Notes under the pieces: model-generated
Seen by the model: only the letters and a program-made list of their open reading frames with translations
The model's database searches: none
Told to the model about the DNA's origin: nothing
NCBI GenBank assembly: GCA_965648915.1
Contig: CBFGIV010000002.1
Span: 32,001 to 96,000, forward strand
Direction of reading: 5' to 3'
DNA from: a candidate division WOR-3 bacterium
GTDB taxonomy: Bacteria > Hydrothermota > Tepidihabitantia > SM23-42 > CAYGYG01
Length of the DNA: 64,000 nt
Program-made: the position numbers and the translations under genes
Shown here: one piece after another, positions 50,894 to 60,134 of the stretch
Layout: every line of letters begins with the position of its first letter
Position numbering within the stretch: position 1 is the first letter of the stretch

Positions 50894-53173
50894 TTAACCG
50901 GTGATTTTTTCAATCAGACGGTCAAGTTCTGATTCATCCTCAATCAAAACTTTTCTCGACTTGCTACCGGCAAAGGGTTCAATTATTCCGGCCCTTTCCA
51001 TCTGATCGATGATCCGGCCGGCCCGGGCATAACCGATATTCAATCGACGCTGAAGGAGTGAAACCGATGCCAATCGATGGCGGAAGACGAGTCGTGCTGC
51101 CTCTTCAAAGAGCGGGTCGATCTCGGTGGTAAATTCTTCTTCTTTCTCTTCTTCTTCAGCAGTTTTCATTTCTTCCAGTTTTGGATAATACCCATTTTCG
51201 ATGATCTCTTCAATTTTAGGTTTGAGTTCATCCGGGGCAAGCCCTAACAAAATTTCTTTCTTTTCTTCAAAACCGGCCCCGCGTTCACAGAAGACTGACC
51301 AAAGTTCCTGTTCGAGAATCTCTTTTATAAATCGGGAGAGATTATCACCGTCTCGGAAGAGTTTTGTCAGATAGAGTTGAGCAACGAGATTTCGTATGTT
51401 CATAACTTCATCGGTTGAAACAAACGCACCGTGCAGGCGCTGGGGTTCACCGCGGCCGGGTGGGAGATAGAGCATATCACCTCGACCAAGCAGAGACTCC
51501 GCACCATTCATATCGAGTATCGTTCGGGAGTCGGTTTTAGAAGCAACTTGGAAAGCGATCCGGCAGGGGAAGTTGGCCTTGATCAGTCCGGTAATGACAT
51601 CGACTGAGGGACGCTGGGTAGCAAGGATAAGATGGATGCCAACTGCCCGGGACATCTGGGCAAGCCGGGTAATCCGCTCTTCAATCTCGGTAGGTGCGGT
51701 CAGGATCAAGTCAGCCAGTTCATCGACGATGATAAGGAGATAGGGTTTCTCGGGAAACCCCTCTTTTCGGGCTTTTACATTATAGCCATCGATATCCCGG
51801 ACTCCAACCCGGGCAAACTCTCGATAGCGATTTTCCATAATATCGACCATCTTGGTCAGTTCGGAAACCGCTTCTTTGGGGTCAACAACACAGCTTCTTA
51901 AGATATGGGGGATAGGATTGTAGGCCGGCAGTTCGAGGCGTTTGGGGTCGATCATTAAGAAACGAACTTTATCAAACCCGGAACGGTAGATGAGACTCAT
52001 AATAATGGTGTTGATGCAGACGCTTTTCCCTGAGCCAGTTGTTCCAGCCACTAACATATGGGGCATAGTGGCAATGTCAGCATAGACCGGTTTGCCGGTA
52101 ATATCTTCACCCAGGGCGATACTGAGGGGCGATGCCATCTCTTCAAATTCCTGGGTTGCCAGACATTTTTTAAGATAGACCAGACCCCGTTCAGGGTTTG
52201 GTATCTCAATACCAACTGCCGATTTACCAGGAATGGGTGCAAGGATCCGGATTCGTGTCGCCTTCAGAGCAAGGGCTAAATCGTCTTCGAGATTGGCAAT
52301 CTTATTAACTTTTATGCCCGGAGATGGCTCAAACTCAAAACGGGTGATAACCGGTCCTGAAACAATATCGGTGATTTTGCCCGTGACCTCAAATTCCTCA
52401 AGCCGTTTGATTAAAAGGTCAGCGCCTTTTTTCAATTCGGCCTCTTCGAGGGCGGCCGGGCCGGGTGTCGGGTCGTGGAGCAGATTTAAGAATTGGGTTT
52501 TAAAGTCGGTATCAGTTTCCAGTGGTATTACTTCGACCACCGGTTTTGGTTTAGGTTTTACAACTTTTTCCTTTTTTGGCTTCGGTTCAATTTCCGGCGG
52601 CCTTTTAATAACTATTTCGGGCACGGGCTTCTTAAATGAAAAGGTTAGACGGGTAAAGAGTAAAAGGACTGTCCCGAAGATAAAGATTAAAAGAATGATT
52701 GCACCCGCATCACCGAAGGTCTTGCTCAGAAAATCTTTTAATACAGAGCCAATCAATCCACCGGGGATTATATCCCTTATATGAGGAAGATTGAGAAAAC
52801 TGATAAAGGCATTAAAGATCGGAACGATGACAACAAAGAAGAGTATGCCAAAGAGCTCCTTAGGGTCTTTTTCGAAAAAGGTTATGTAGATGCCATGGAT
52901 CAAAATTAATACTGGTACAGCAATACTGTAGTACCCGATAAGCCAGAAGAGAAATGAACTTATGCCATAACCAAATAGCCCACCGCGATTTTTCTCGGGT
53001 TGATCTTTGTAATATGAGAGAAGGGAGAGGGTCATCAGAATTGACAGTAAGATTAAGAGGAGGCCGATAACTTTCCGCTTCTTTTCGGAACCGGCCCTCT
53101 GGGCCGCATAGTATAATGCGTAGATAACCGCCCCAATTATTATCAAGGCAAGGATGATTTCGAGAATCGCCAT
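50894..53173 (-). CDS. ftsK: DNA translocase FtsK
   Basis: N-terminal TMs, MPHMLVAGTTGSGKS, RLAQMSRAVGIH, gamma domain SLLQRRLNIGYARAGR. Confidence 0.96.
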   Translation of the reverse strand: MAILEIILALIIIGAVIYALYYAAQRAGSEKKRKVIGLLLILLSILMTLSLLSYYKDQPEKNRGGLFGYGISSFLFWLIGYYSIAVPVLILIHGIYITFFEKDPKELFGILFFVVIVPIFNAFISFLNLPHIRDIIPGGLIGSVLKDFLSKTFGDAGAIILLIFIFGTVLLLFTRLTFSFKKPVPEIVIKRPPEIEPKPKKEKVVKPKPKPVVEVIPLETDTDFKTQFLNLLHDPTPGPAALEEAELKKGADLLIKRLEEFEVTGKITDIVSGPVITRFEFEPSPGIKVNKIANLEDDLALALKATRIRILAPIPGKSAVGIEIPNPERGLVYLKKCLATQEFEEMASPLSIALGEDITGKPVYADIATMPHMLVAGTTGSGKSVCINTIIMSLIYRSGFDKVRFLMIDPKRLELPAYNPIPHILRSCVVDPKEAVSELTKMVDIMENRYREFARVGVRDIDGYNVKARKEGFPEKPYLLIIVDELADLILTAPTEIEERITRLAQMSRAVGIHLILATQRPSVDVITGLIKANFPCRIAFQVASKTDSRTILDMNGAESLLGRGDMLYLPPGRGEPQRLHGAFVSTDEVMNIRNLVAQLYLTKLFRDGDNLSRFIKEILEQELWSVFCERGAGFEEKKEILLGLAPDELKPKIEEIIENGYYPKLEEMKTAEEEEKEEEFTTEIDPLFEEAARLVFRHRLASVSLLQRRLNIGYARAGRIIDQMERAGIIEPFAGSKSRKVLIEDESELDRLIEKITG

Positions 53174-53179
53174 TTATCG

Positions 53180-53281
53180 ATTATAGCAGAAAGTCCAAAA
53201 AAGTCAAGAGGTTGGTTTATCGAGATCGAGATTGATTATTATCGTAAAAAAGATTGACAGAAGAGAATACACGGTTATAAT
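53180..53281. promoter_or_regulatory. divergent promoters for ftsK and the putative selenoprotein gene
   Basis: Minus strand TTGACT-N16-TATAAT (53207-53180, 6 nt before the ftsK ATG); plus strand TTGACA-N16-TATAAT (53254-53281). Confidence 0.75.
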
Positions 53282-53383
53282 ATCGGCGTAGTGAATATCG
53301 CAATCATTGAGACCTGATCATTGATCTTGTGGCTGTTGAATTATGAGTAATATTTTGGAAAATCAACATCTAAGGAGGAAAGT

Positions 53384-55339
53384 ATGAGGACCGCTATCAT
53401 TATGTCAGGTCTTCTGGGGATTGGTCTTACGTTGGGTTATGAACTCGTCACCAATGGCGATTTTGAAGCGCCACTGACAACCGGCTGGACCCAGACCGTG
53501 AGTGGTGACTATACATCATCTTCATACTATACCATCGACCGGGCAATGGATTATAACCCGGATCCGGATTATGAAGCCCAGTCCCGGAAGTATCTACACG
53601 AGATTGCCTCCCTTTCTCAGATTGTCCCGATCCCGCATATCGATATAAATTTCTCAGCCCAGGCCAAACTCTGGTGTAAATGTGAAGATAACGCCTATAA
53701 TTACTTTGCTGCGGCTGCCTTGATCTTATACTATATGAACAATGATAGTCAGATTCTTGGTGAGACCAGGATCTATCGGGGAACAACCTACTGTAACTGG
53801 CAGAATTCATCCACGATTCATCTGATTCGTGCGGCGGATACGAGTAACTGGTATAACTACTCGTTTATTATCCGCAACGAACTTAATAATCTCCCCGGAA
53901 TTAATCCGGCCCAGGTCAAACGGATCAAAGTTGCCCTTTATGCTTATTCAACCCATAATTGCTGAGGGGTCTATCCTGAGGCGAAGGTCTTCGCCGATAA
54001 CATCTCATTAAACTATACGCCGAACCAGCCCAAGATTGTGTATCTCAGCAATACGGTCGATGACCGAAATGGCAACAACAACAAGCGACTTGATCCCAAT
54101 GAGCAGGCGAACCTTATTGTAAGTCTGAAAAATGTTGGAACCAATGCAACTGGAGTAAATGGGCGATTGAAGACAACGAACAGTTACATCGAAATCCGTG
54201 ATAGCCTGGCCAATTATGGCAATATTAATCAGGGAGACACGACAAACAATTTTGGGGACCCGTTTGTCATCTTTGCCCGGCCCAATACACCGATTGGATC
54301 AAAGGTGGATTTTACACTCTATCTTAACTACAGTGGAAAGTTGTATACCGATACAATAAACTTCAGTATCTTTGTTGGTGACCTGATTACCCTGCCGATA
54401 CCCGATAATCAAAACCGCTACTGGGCATATGATGATATTGATATCGATCCTCAGCATCCAACCTATAACTGGGTAGAGATCAGAAATTTAGGAACACGAC
54501 TTGACTTAAGCGATGATCAGACCGTCACAATAGCAATGCCCTTCGGTTTTACTTATTATGGAACCCGCTATACCAACCTCTCAATCTGCTCCAATGGCTG
54601 GATCGCAGCCGGATCGACGACCGATAACGACTATACCAACTCAAGGATCCCGGATCCGGATGGCCCATCAGCAATGATAGCAATTAACTGGGACGATCTC
54701 TATCCGGATACGAATATCTGGTACTATCACGACCGCAATAACCACCGCTTCATCATCGAATACGACAGTATTCGTTATATCAGCACAACGGTTAGGGATA
54801 AATTTGAGATTATTATCTATGATTCGACGGTTGTGACGCCAACCCGAGACAATGTAATCCTTTTCCAGTTCCGAACTGCCAACGGTTTTGCTGGATCAAC
54901 CATTGGTATCGAGAATTCTAATGAGACCGTTGGGATTCAGGATCTTTATGACGGCACCTATCATATCTATGCTGCGCCCATTATACCGGGACGGGCGATT
55001 AAATTTACCACGGTCTTACCTCTCAGGGTTGAAGAAACGGTTTCAGCATCAAGCCGAATAAGAAATGAACCGCTTCTTTCGATCTCTCCCAATCCGCTGG
55101 TTAAGTCGGCACAGATCAGGTTTGTTATTGAAAGGTCCGGACCAATCTCGCTTGAGGTTTATAATATTGAAGGTCGATTGATAAAGAGACTGGCTGATGG
55201 TTTTTATAGACCTAATACCTACAATTTGAGATGGTCGGGTGAGGATATGAATGGGAAGAGGGTTAGCAGTGGTGTCTATTTTATAAAACTGAAGACCGAT
55301 TCTGGTGAAGAGACGACCAAGAGTGTGATGATGAGATAA
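53384..55339 (+). CDS. putative secreted selenoprotein (651 aa, Sec194 after Cys193): CBM-like beta-sandwich + Ig-like domains + T9SS/FlgD-like CTD
   Basis: Two ORFs in the same frame joined by one TGA (53963-53965) and 24 open codons; SECIS-like hairpin downstream; signal peptide; CTD PNP...VYNIEGRLI..L...W.G.D..G..VSSGVYFIKL. Confidence 0.8.
53963..54007 (+). promoter_or_regulatory. bacterial SECIS-like element
   Basis: Upper stem GGCGAA/TTCGCC (53980-85/53990-95) with GGTC loop; lower pairings TATC/GATA, GT/AC and TGAG/CTCA. Confidence 0.78.
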
Positions 55340-55359
55340 AGAAGATATATGTCGCCGAT

Positions 55360-55390
55360 CAGGGCCCGCGCAAAGCGCGGGCCCTGTTTG
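55360..55390 (+). terminator. intrinsic terminator
   Basis: Perfect 12-bp stem CAGGGCCCGCGC-AAA-GCGCGGGCCCTG followed by TTT. Confidence 0.8.
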
Positions 55391-55438
55391 ATTACAACCC
55401 CTTATTAACCACATAGATTGAACAACCTAACAAAGATA

Positions 55439-55466
55439 TTGACATTTATTTAAAATCAGATAGAAT
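55439..55466 (+). promoter_or_regulatory. promoter (probably leaderless)
   Basis: TTGACA-N16-TAGAAT, 7 nt before ATG. Confidence 0.72.
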
Positions 55467-55473
55467 TGTTTTA

Positions 55474-56082
55474 ATGGGTTTGAGGATAACCCGACTAATT
55501 TTTATTATTTTTACCCTCGTCTATGCACAAAATCTGTATAGGGTGAGCGAAGGTGGGGCAATTCTTTTTACCAACATCCCGAAAAAAGAGAATTTAAATA
55601 TCTTTAAACCACCCAGTCCAGTTCTAGAAAACCTTTCCCGCTATGATTCGATCATCGATGAAGCCTGTGACCAGTATCAGGTTGATGCTGAACTTATTAG
55701 GATTATTATCCTCGCTGAATCAGGTTTTAATCCCAACGCTCGCTCACCCCGGGGCGCGATTGGATTGATGCAGTTGATGCCCGAGACCGCCCGACTGCTT
55801 AATATTAAAAACCCCTATAACCCAAGGCAGAATATTTTCGGTGGAGTTAAATTTTTTCGCTATCTCCTCAATCTTTTTAATGGTGAACTGGAACTGGCTC
55901 TGGCTGCCTATCATGCCGGGCCAAAGATCGTTATGGCTAAAAAAGCGGTGCCGGCAATACCTGAAACCAGACAGTATGTAGATTTCATTACGGGTCGTTA
56001 TGCACCACAGGATCGACGCAATCGTATCTATTCTTATGTTACACCCGATGGAGGAATCTTCCTGACCAATATTCCGAGATAG
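55474..56082 (+). CDS. lytic transglycosylase (SLT domain)
   Basis: AESGFNPNARS..GAIGLMQLMP.TA, LAAY.AG, ET..YV. Confidence 0.92.
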   Translation: MGLRITRLIFIIFTLVYAQNLYRVSEGGAILFTNIPKKENLNIFKPPSPVLENLSRYDSIIDEACDQYQVDAELIRIIILAESGFNPNARSPRGAIGLMQLMPETARLLNIKNPYNPRQNIFGGVKFFRYLLNLFNGELELALAAYHAGPKIVMAKKAVPAIPETRQYVDFITGRYAPQDRRNRIYSYVTPDGGIFLTNIPR

Positions 56083-56097
56083 CCCCCTTATTCAAGG

Positions 56098-56125
56098 TTG
56101 ACAATCAGAGGTTTTCGAATATACT
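56098..56125 (+). promoter_or_regulatory. promoter
   Basis: TTGACA-N16-TATACT. Confidence 0.7.
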
Positions 56126-56243
56126 TAATCAAGTATCAAATAGAAGATCTTTTACTTTTTAAAACAGGCATTTATTAACTTCTATCATCCGGCACAACTG
56201 AACTGATGTTGTACGGATAACAGATCTTAGAAAGGGATAAAAA

Positions 56244-57368
56244 ATGGCTCATGCATATACTCCAGGTCTGAAAGTATTAGAAAAAACAACCGTTATTAAA
56301 GACCGGCGTCTTCCTCTACCAGGCAATATCCTGGTTGAAAAAGGCAGTAAGGTTAAGGCAACAGCAGTTGTTGCACGGACCCATCTGCCCGGTAATGTCC
56401 AGACCGTAAATGTTGCTGGCCTTCTTGGGATTTTACCTGAAGAGGTTGAAGGAGCAATGTTGAAGAAGGTCGGCGATAAGATAAAGAAGAATGACATCCT
56501 TGCTCAGAGCAAGGGTTTCTTTGGTCTTATGAAATCGAAGGTGACGGCGCCAGTCGATAGTGAGGTTGAAAGTATTTCCAAAATCACCGGCCAGGTGATT
56601 CTTAGAGAGCCACCGATTTTAGTCGAGGTGATTGCCTATATCGATGGTGAGGTTACCGATGTTTTTCAGAATGAAGGGGTCAGGATCGAGACGATCGCAA
56701 GTTTTATTCAGGGGATATTCGGGATCGGGGGAGAGATGATTGGGGAATTGCGATCGGTTGCTGATGGCCCAGATGACCCGTTGACCGCAGATGAGATTGA
56801 TGAAAGTTGCCACGATAAGATCCTGGTAGGAGGTTCAATCGTTGATGCTCAGGCCTTAGAGAAGGCAGTGAAGGTCGGTGCTAAAGGTATAGTGGTTGGG
56901 GGCATCGAAGACAAGGATTTGAAAAAATTCCTGGGATATGATATCGGGGTGGCGATAACCGGTTCAGAAAAACGAGGACTTACCCTCATCGCTACCGAAG
57001 GTTTTGGTCGCCTGCGTATGGCAGATCGGACATTCCGCTTGCTCAATTCTCTGGTCGGAAGAAAGGCGTCGATTAACGGAGCAACCCAGATTCGGGCCGG
57101 GGTGATTCGGCCAGAAGTTATTGTCCCTTTTGAAGAAAGTCCGGGTGAGGTTAAAAAATCGACCCTGCAGGAGAGTGGCCTGGTGATTGGCACACCGATC
57201 CGGGTGATACGCGAGCCCTATTTTGGTAAACTTGGTAAAGTGACCGCCCTCCCCGCTGAGTTACAGGTGATTGAAACTGAGGCAAAGGTTCGGGTGCTCG
57301 AAGTCGAACTCGAAGATAAACGAAGGGTTGTTTTACCCCGTGCCAATGTTGAAATAATTGAGAGTTAG
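56244..57368 (+). CDS. conserved hypothetical protein with barrel-sandwich-hybrid-like segments
   Basis: Long ORF beginning MAHAYTPGL; RRLPLPG.ILV..G; C-terminal VRVIREPYFG...PRANVE. Confidence 0.75.
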   Translation: MAHAYTPGLKVLEKTTVIKDRRLPLPGNILVEKGSKVKATAVVARTHLPGNVQTVNVAGLLGILPEEVEGAMLKKVGDKIKKNDILAQSKGFFGLMKSKVTAPVDSEVESISKITGQVILREPPILVEVIAYIDGEVTDVFQNEGVRIETIASFIQGIFGIGGEMIGELRSVADGPDDPLTADEIDESCHDKILVGGSIVDAQALEKAVKVGAKGIVVGGIEDKDLKKFLGYDIGVAITGSEKRGLTLIATEGFGRLRMADRTFRLLNSLVGRKASINGATQIRAGVIRPEVIVPFEESPGEVKKSTLQESGLVIGTPIRVIREPYFGKLGKVTALPAELQVIETEAKVRVLEVELEDKRRVVLPRANVEIIES

Positions 57369-57369
57369 T

Positions 57370-58236
57370 ATGTATCTCTGGTTAGCGGTTATTTTCTTCA
57401 CTAATGAAGGTGTAGCATCATCTTTGATCTGTCCAACCGCACGCGAAGCAGGGATGGGCAATACCGGTTTTTCGCTAACCTATGGTCCCGAGGCGGTTTA
57501 TCTCAATCCGGCCCATCTCCAGTTGAACAAAAGTCAGGAACTACTCTTTTCGATCTCCTATGGTCGTCTATTTTTGGATATTCAACACTCTTCACTCTTT
57601 CTGTCAAAAAGATTTTCCTCATTCAATCTCGGGCTCGGCGTGTCAAATTTTGATTACGGTGATCTGATTTTTAAACCTGAATATCCTACCGAGGAAGATG
57701 CAGTCTTCAATGCCAATGATCTGTCAATCCTTGGCGGAGCAGGATTTAATCTATCGAACAAAGGATATGGGGGTATCGGTATTAAATTTATCAAAGAATA
57801 CATTCAGATATATTCGGCACAGGTTCTGGCAGGAAACCTTGCCCTCAGTTATCTGCCCAATCAGAATTTACGATTTTCCTTGGGAACATTTGATATCAGC
57901 CGAAATATGAAGTTAAAAAATAGTGAATTCGAAGGCGAACCATACGGATTGCCGGTGAGATTCAGTTTTGGATGCAGTAATCAATGGAGAAGATTGCTTA
58001 GCGGACTCGACCTCCATTACCTGATTCGTTCTAAGGATTGGATGTTAAACTTTGGAGAGGAGATCGGGCTGGTGTCAGAATTTAAACTGCGCTGGGGTTG
58101 TAGATATTTTGATGGTCTGACCCTGAGTGGTGGATTGGGTATCTCATTGGCCTGGCTGACACTGGATTATGGGGTTAGTTACCTACCCAAAGGACTCGGC
58201 CTCAACCATTATTTTACCCTCAAAAGAAATCTTTAG
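57370..58236 (+). CDS. PorV/PorQ-like outer-membrane beta-barrel protein
   Basis: AREAGMG...AVYLNPA.L N-terminal motif; amphipathic beta strands; LDYG near the C-terminus. Confidence 0.65.
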   Translation: MYLWLAVIFFTNEGVASSLICPTAREAGMGNTGFSLTYGPEAVYLNPAHLQLNKSQELLFSISYGRLFLDIQHSSLFLSKRFSSFNLGLGVSNFDYGDLIFKPEYPTEEDAVFNANDLSILGGAGFNLSNKGYGGIGIKFIKEYIQIYSAQVLAGNLALSYLPNQNLRFSLGTFDISRNMKLKNSEFEGEPYGLPVRFSFGCSNQWRRLLSGLDLHYLIRSKDWMLNFGEEIGLVSEFKLRWGCRYFDGLTLSGGLGISLAWLTLDYGVSYLPKGLGLNHYFTLKRNL

Positions 58237-59187
58237 ATGAATAATATTCTGCTTGATTTTGAAAAACCGATTTTTGAACTGGAAAAGAAGATCCAGGAAT
58301 TAAAGGCAATCAACTCACCGGAAATCGCCGAGGAGATCGATCGTCTCGAACGGCAGGCGGAAAGACTCAGAAAGAAAATCTATTCAAACCTTACCGCCTG
58401 GCAGAGGGTTCAGCTGGCACGCCATCCCCGTCGTCCTTATTCTCTGGATATTATCAATCTAATTGTCAGAGATTTTATCCAGTTACATGGAGATCGACTG
58501 TTCGGTGATGACGCGGCGATCGTATGCGGTATCGGACAGATCGATGAGTATCCAGTCGTTATTGTTGCTGAACAGAAAGGTCGGGACATAAAGGAGAAAA
58601 TCCAGCGCAACTTTGGTAGTCCCCATCCTGAAGGTTATCGGAAGGCGTTGAGGATTTTTTATTTTGCGGAAAAATTTTCCTTGCCAATTGTCTGTATTGT
58701 TGATACCCCTGGTGCCTATCCCGGGGTCGGCGCTGAAGAACGGGGGATTGCGGAATCGATTGCCCGGAATCTTAGAGAAATGGCATTGTTAGAAACGCCC
58801 ATTGTTGTCCTGATACTGGGCGAAGGTTGCAGTGGTGGGGCCATTGCGATTGCCCTTGGTGACCGAATATTGATGATGGAAAATGCCTACTATTCAGTAA
58901 TTTCTCCGGAAGGCTGCGCCTCGATCCTCTGGCGTGACAGCGCCCGGGCCAAGGATGCGGCTGAGGCAATGAAGATTACGGCGCAGGATCTTGATAAATT
59001 TAAGATTATTGACCGGATCATACCTGAACCTCTGGGTGGAGCCCACCGTGATTGGTCAGTAACCGCGCAGAATATCAAACAGGCAATAATTGAGACGCTC
59101 GATGAACTTCTAAAGATCCCCATCGCGAAACTTGTTCAACAGCGTGTGGAAAAGTATCGAAGAATGGGTGTACAGCGGGAGAGTTAG
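58237..59187 (+). CDS. accA: acetyl-CoA carboxylase carboxyltransferase alpha
   Basis: LDFEKPI, ARHPRRP, LHGDR, DTPGAYPG, YSVISPEGCASILW. Confidence 0.96.
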   Translation: MNNILLDFEKPIFELEKKIQELKAINSPEIAEEIDRLERQAERLRKKIYSNLTAWQRVQLARHPRRPYSLDIINLIVRDFIQLHGDRLFGDDAAIVCGIGQIDEYPVVIVAEQKGRDIKEKIQRNFGSPHPEGYRKALRIFYFAEKFSLPIVCIVDTPGAYPGVGAEERGIAESIARNLREMALLETPIVVLILGEGCSGGAIAIALGDRILMMENAYYSVISPEGCASILWRDSARAKDAAEAMKITAQDLDKFKIIDRIIPEPLGGAHRDWSVTAQNIKQAIIETLDELLKIPIAKLVQQRVEKYRRMGVQRES

Positions 59188-59802
59188 TTGGCTTTAGAAG
59201 GCAATCTTGAAGATTTTGAAGTAACTGATATCTTTCAACTCATCCAGCTCGGACAGAAAGCGGGCTGTCTCAGAATCCAGACCTTAAATGCAGTGGGGGT
59301 TATCTATTTTAAGGCCGGTATGGTCACCCATGCCCGGGCCGGGCATCTTGTAGGCGAAATGGCAATTCAGGAAATTTTGCGATGGTCAAAGGGTAAGTTT
59401 GTCTTTGTTCCCAATGAGGAGACGACCGAGAACACTGTCGGAAAACCGATTCAATTTATTATTCTTGAAGCAGCCCGGCGCATTGATGAATGGCAACGCA
59501 TCGAGAAGGTAATCCCCTCCCTTGATTTAAAAGTCAAAATTGTCGAGGTGCCGGATGCAAGTATTGAAAACATCAATCTCCGTCCCGAAGAATGGAAAAT
59601 TCTTTCTTTTGTTGATAGTCAAACGACGATAAAAGGCATCGCCCAGAAAGCAAACTTAAGCGATTTCGATACCGCAAAGATCTTATTCGGATTGGTGAGT
59701 TCCGGCCTGGTTCGTATCATTAAGGAGGAGAAACACGAGGCCAGCGAGAAGAAGGACGAGAGTGTCCTGAAAGGCATAATTAAGAAGATTAAGGGAGATT
59801 AA
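59188..59802 (+). CDS. DUF4388-domain protein
   Basis: LEGNLEDF...DIFQLI....K.G.L, W..GKF.F, LEAARRIDEW. Confidence 0.8.
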   Translation: MALEGNLEDFEVTDIFQLIQLGQKAGCLRIQTLNAVGVIYFKAGMVTHARAGHLVGEMAIQEILRWSKGKFVFVPNEETTENTVGKPIQFIILEAARRIDEWQRIEKVIPSLDLKVKIVEVPDASIENINLRPEEWKILSFVDSQTTIKGIAQKANLSDFDTAKILFGLVSSGLVRIIKEEKHEASEKKDESVLKGIIKKIKGD

Positions 59803-59813
59803 AGGAGGTAAAG

Positions 59814-60134
59814 ATGGGTTTAAATATTACCGCACGCAAGTTCAGTTTAACTGAATCATTACAATCGGCGGCGTATGAAGCTTATAATCGACTATCCCGC
59901 TACTCCCATTTAATCATCGATACCCATTTAATCTTAGAAAGAGATAAACCCCTCAATTTTGTTGAGTTGACGGTTTCCGTAAAGAAAGGATTTTTACGGG
60001 CCGATACCAGAACCAATGACATCTACCAGGGGATCCATGAGGTTTTCAATAAAGTTGAGAAACAGTTAAAAAAGCACTACGAGAAGCTCAGGGAACGGAA
60101 GCGCCTCTCCCATAAGACCAAGAGGCAGATATGA
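59814..60134 (+). CDS. hpf: ribosome hibernation factor HPF/RaiA
   Basis: ITAR...LTESL, DIY..I.....K.EKQLKK; upstream of hprK. Confidence 0.8.
   Translation: MGLNITARKFSLTESLQSAAYEAYNRLSRYSHLIIDTHLILERDKPLNFVELTVSVKKGFLRADTRTNDIYQGIHEVFNKVEKQLKKHYEKLRERKRLSHKTKRQI

Noticed and set aside
52233..52784. Long antisense ORFs (this 183-aa one, 7593-8030, 22282-22722, 42501-42938 and similar)
   Set aside because: They are shadows of well-supported genes on the opposite strand, with no motifs or translation signals.
53963..53965. Genome-wide UGA reassignment (code 4 or 25) as the explanation for read-through
   Set aside because: Many conserved genes here (recJ, trkA, tonB, era, hprK) end at TGA at their expected C-termini, and no other gene shows an internal TGA.
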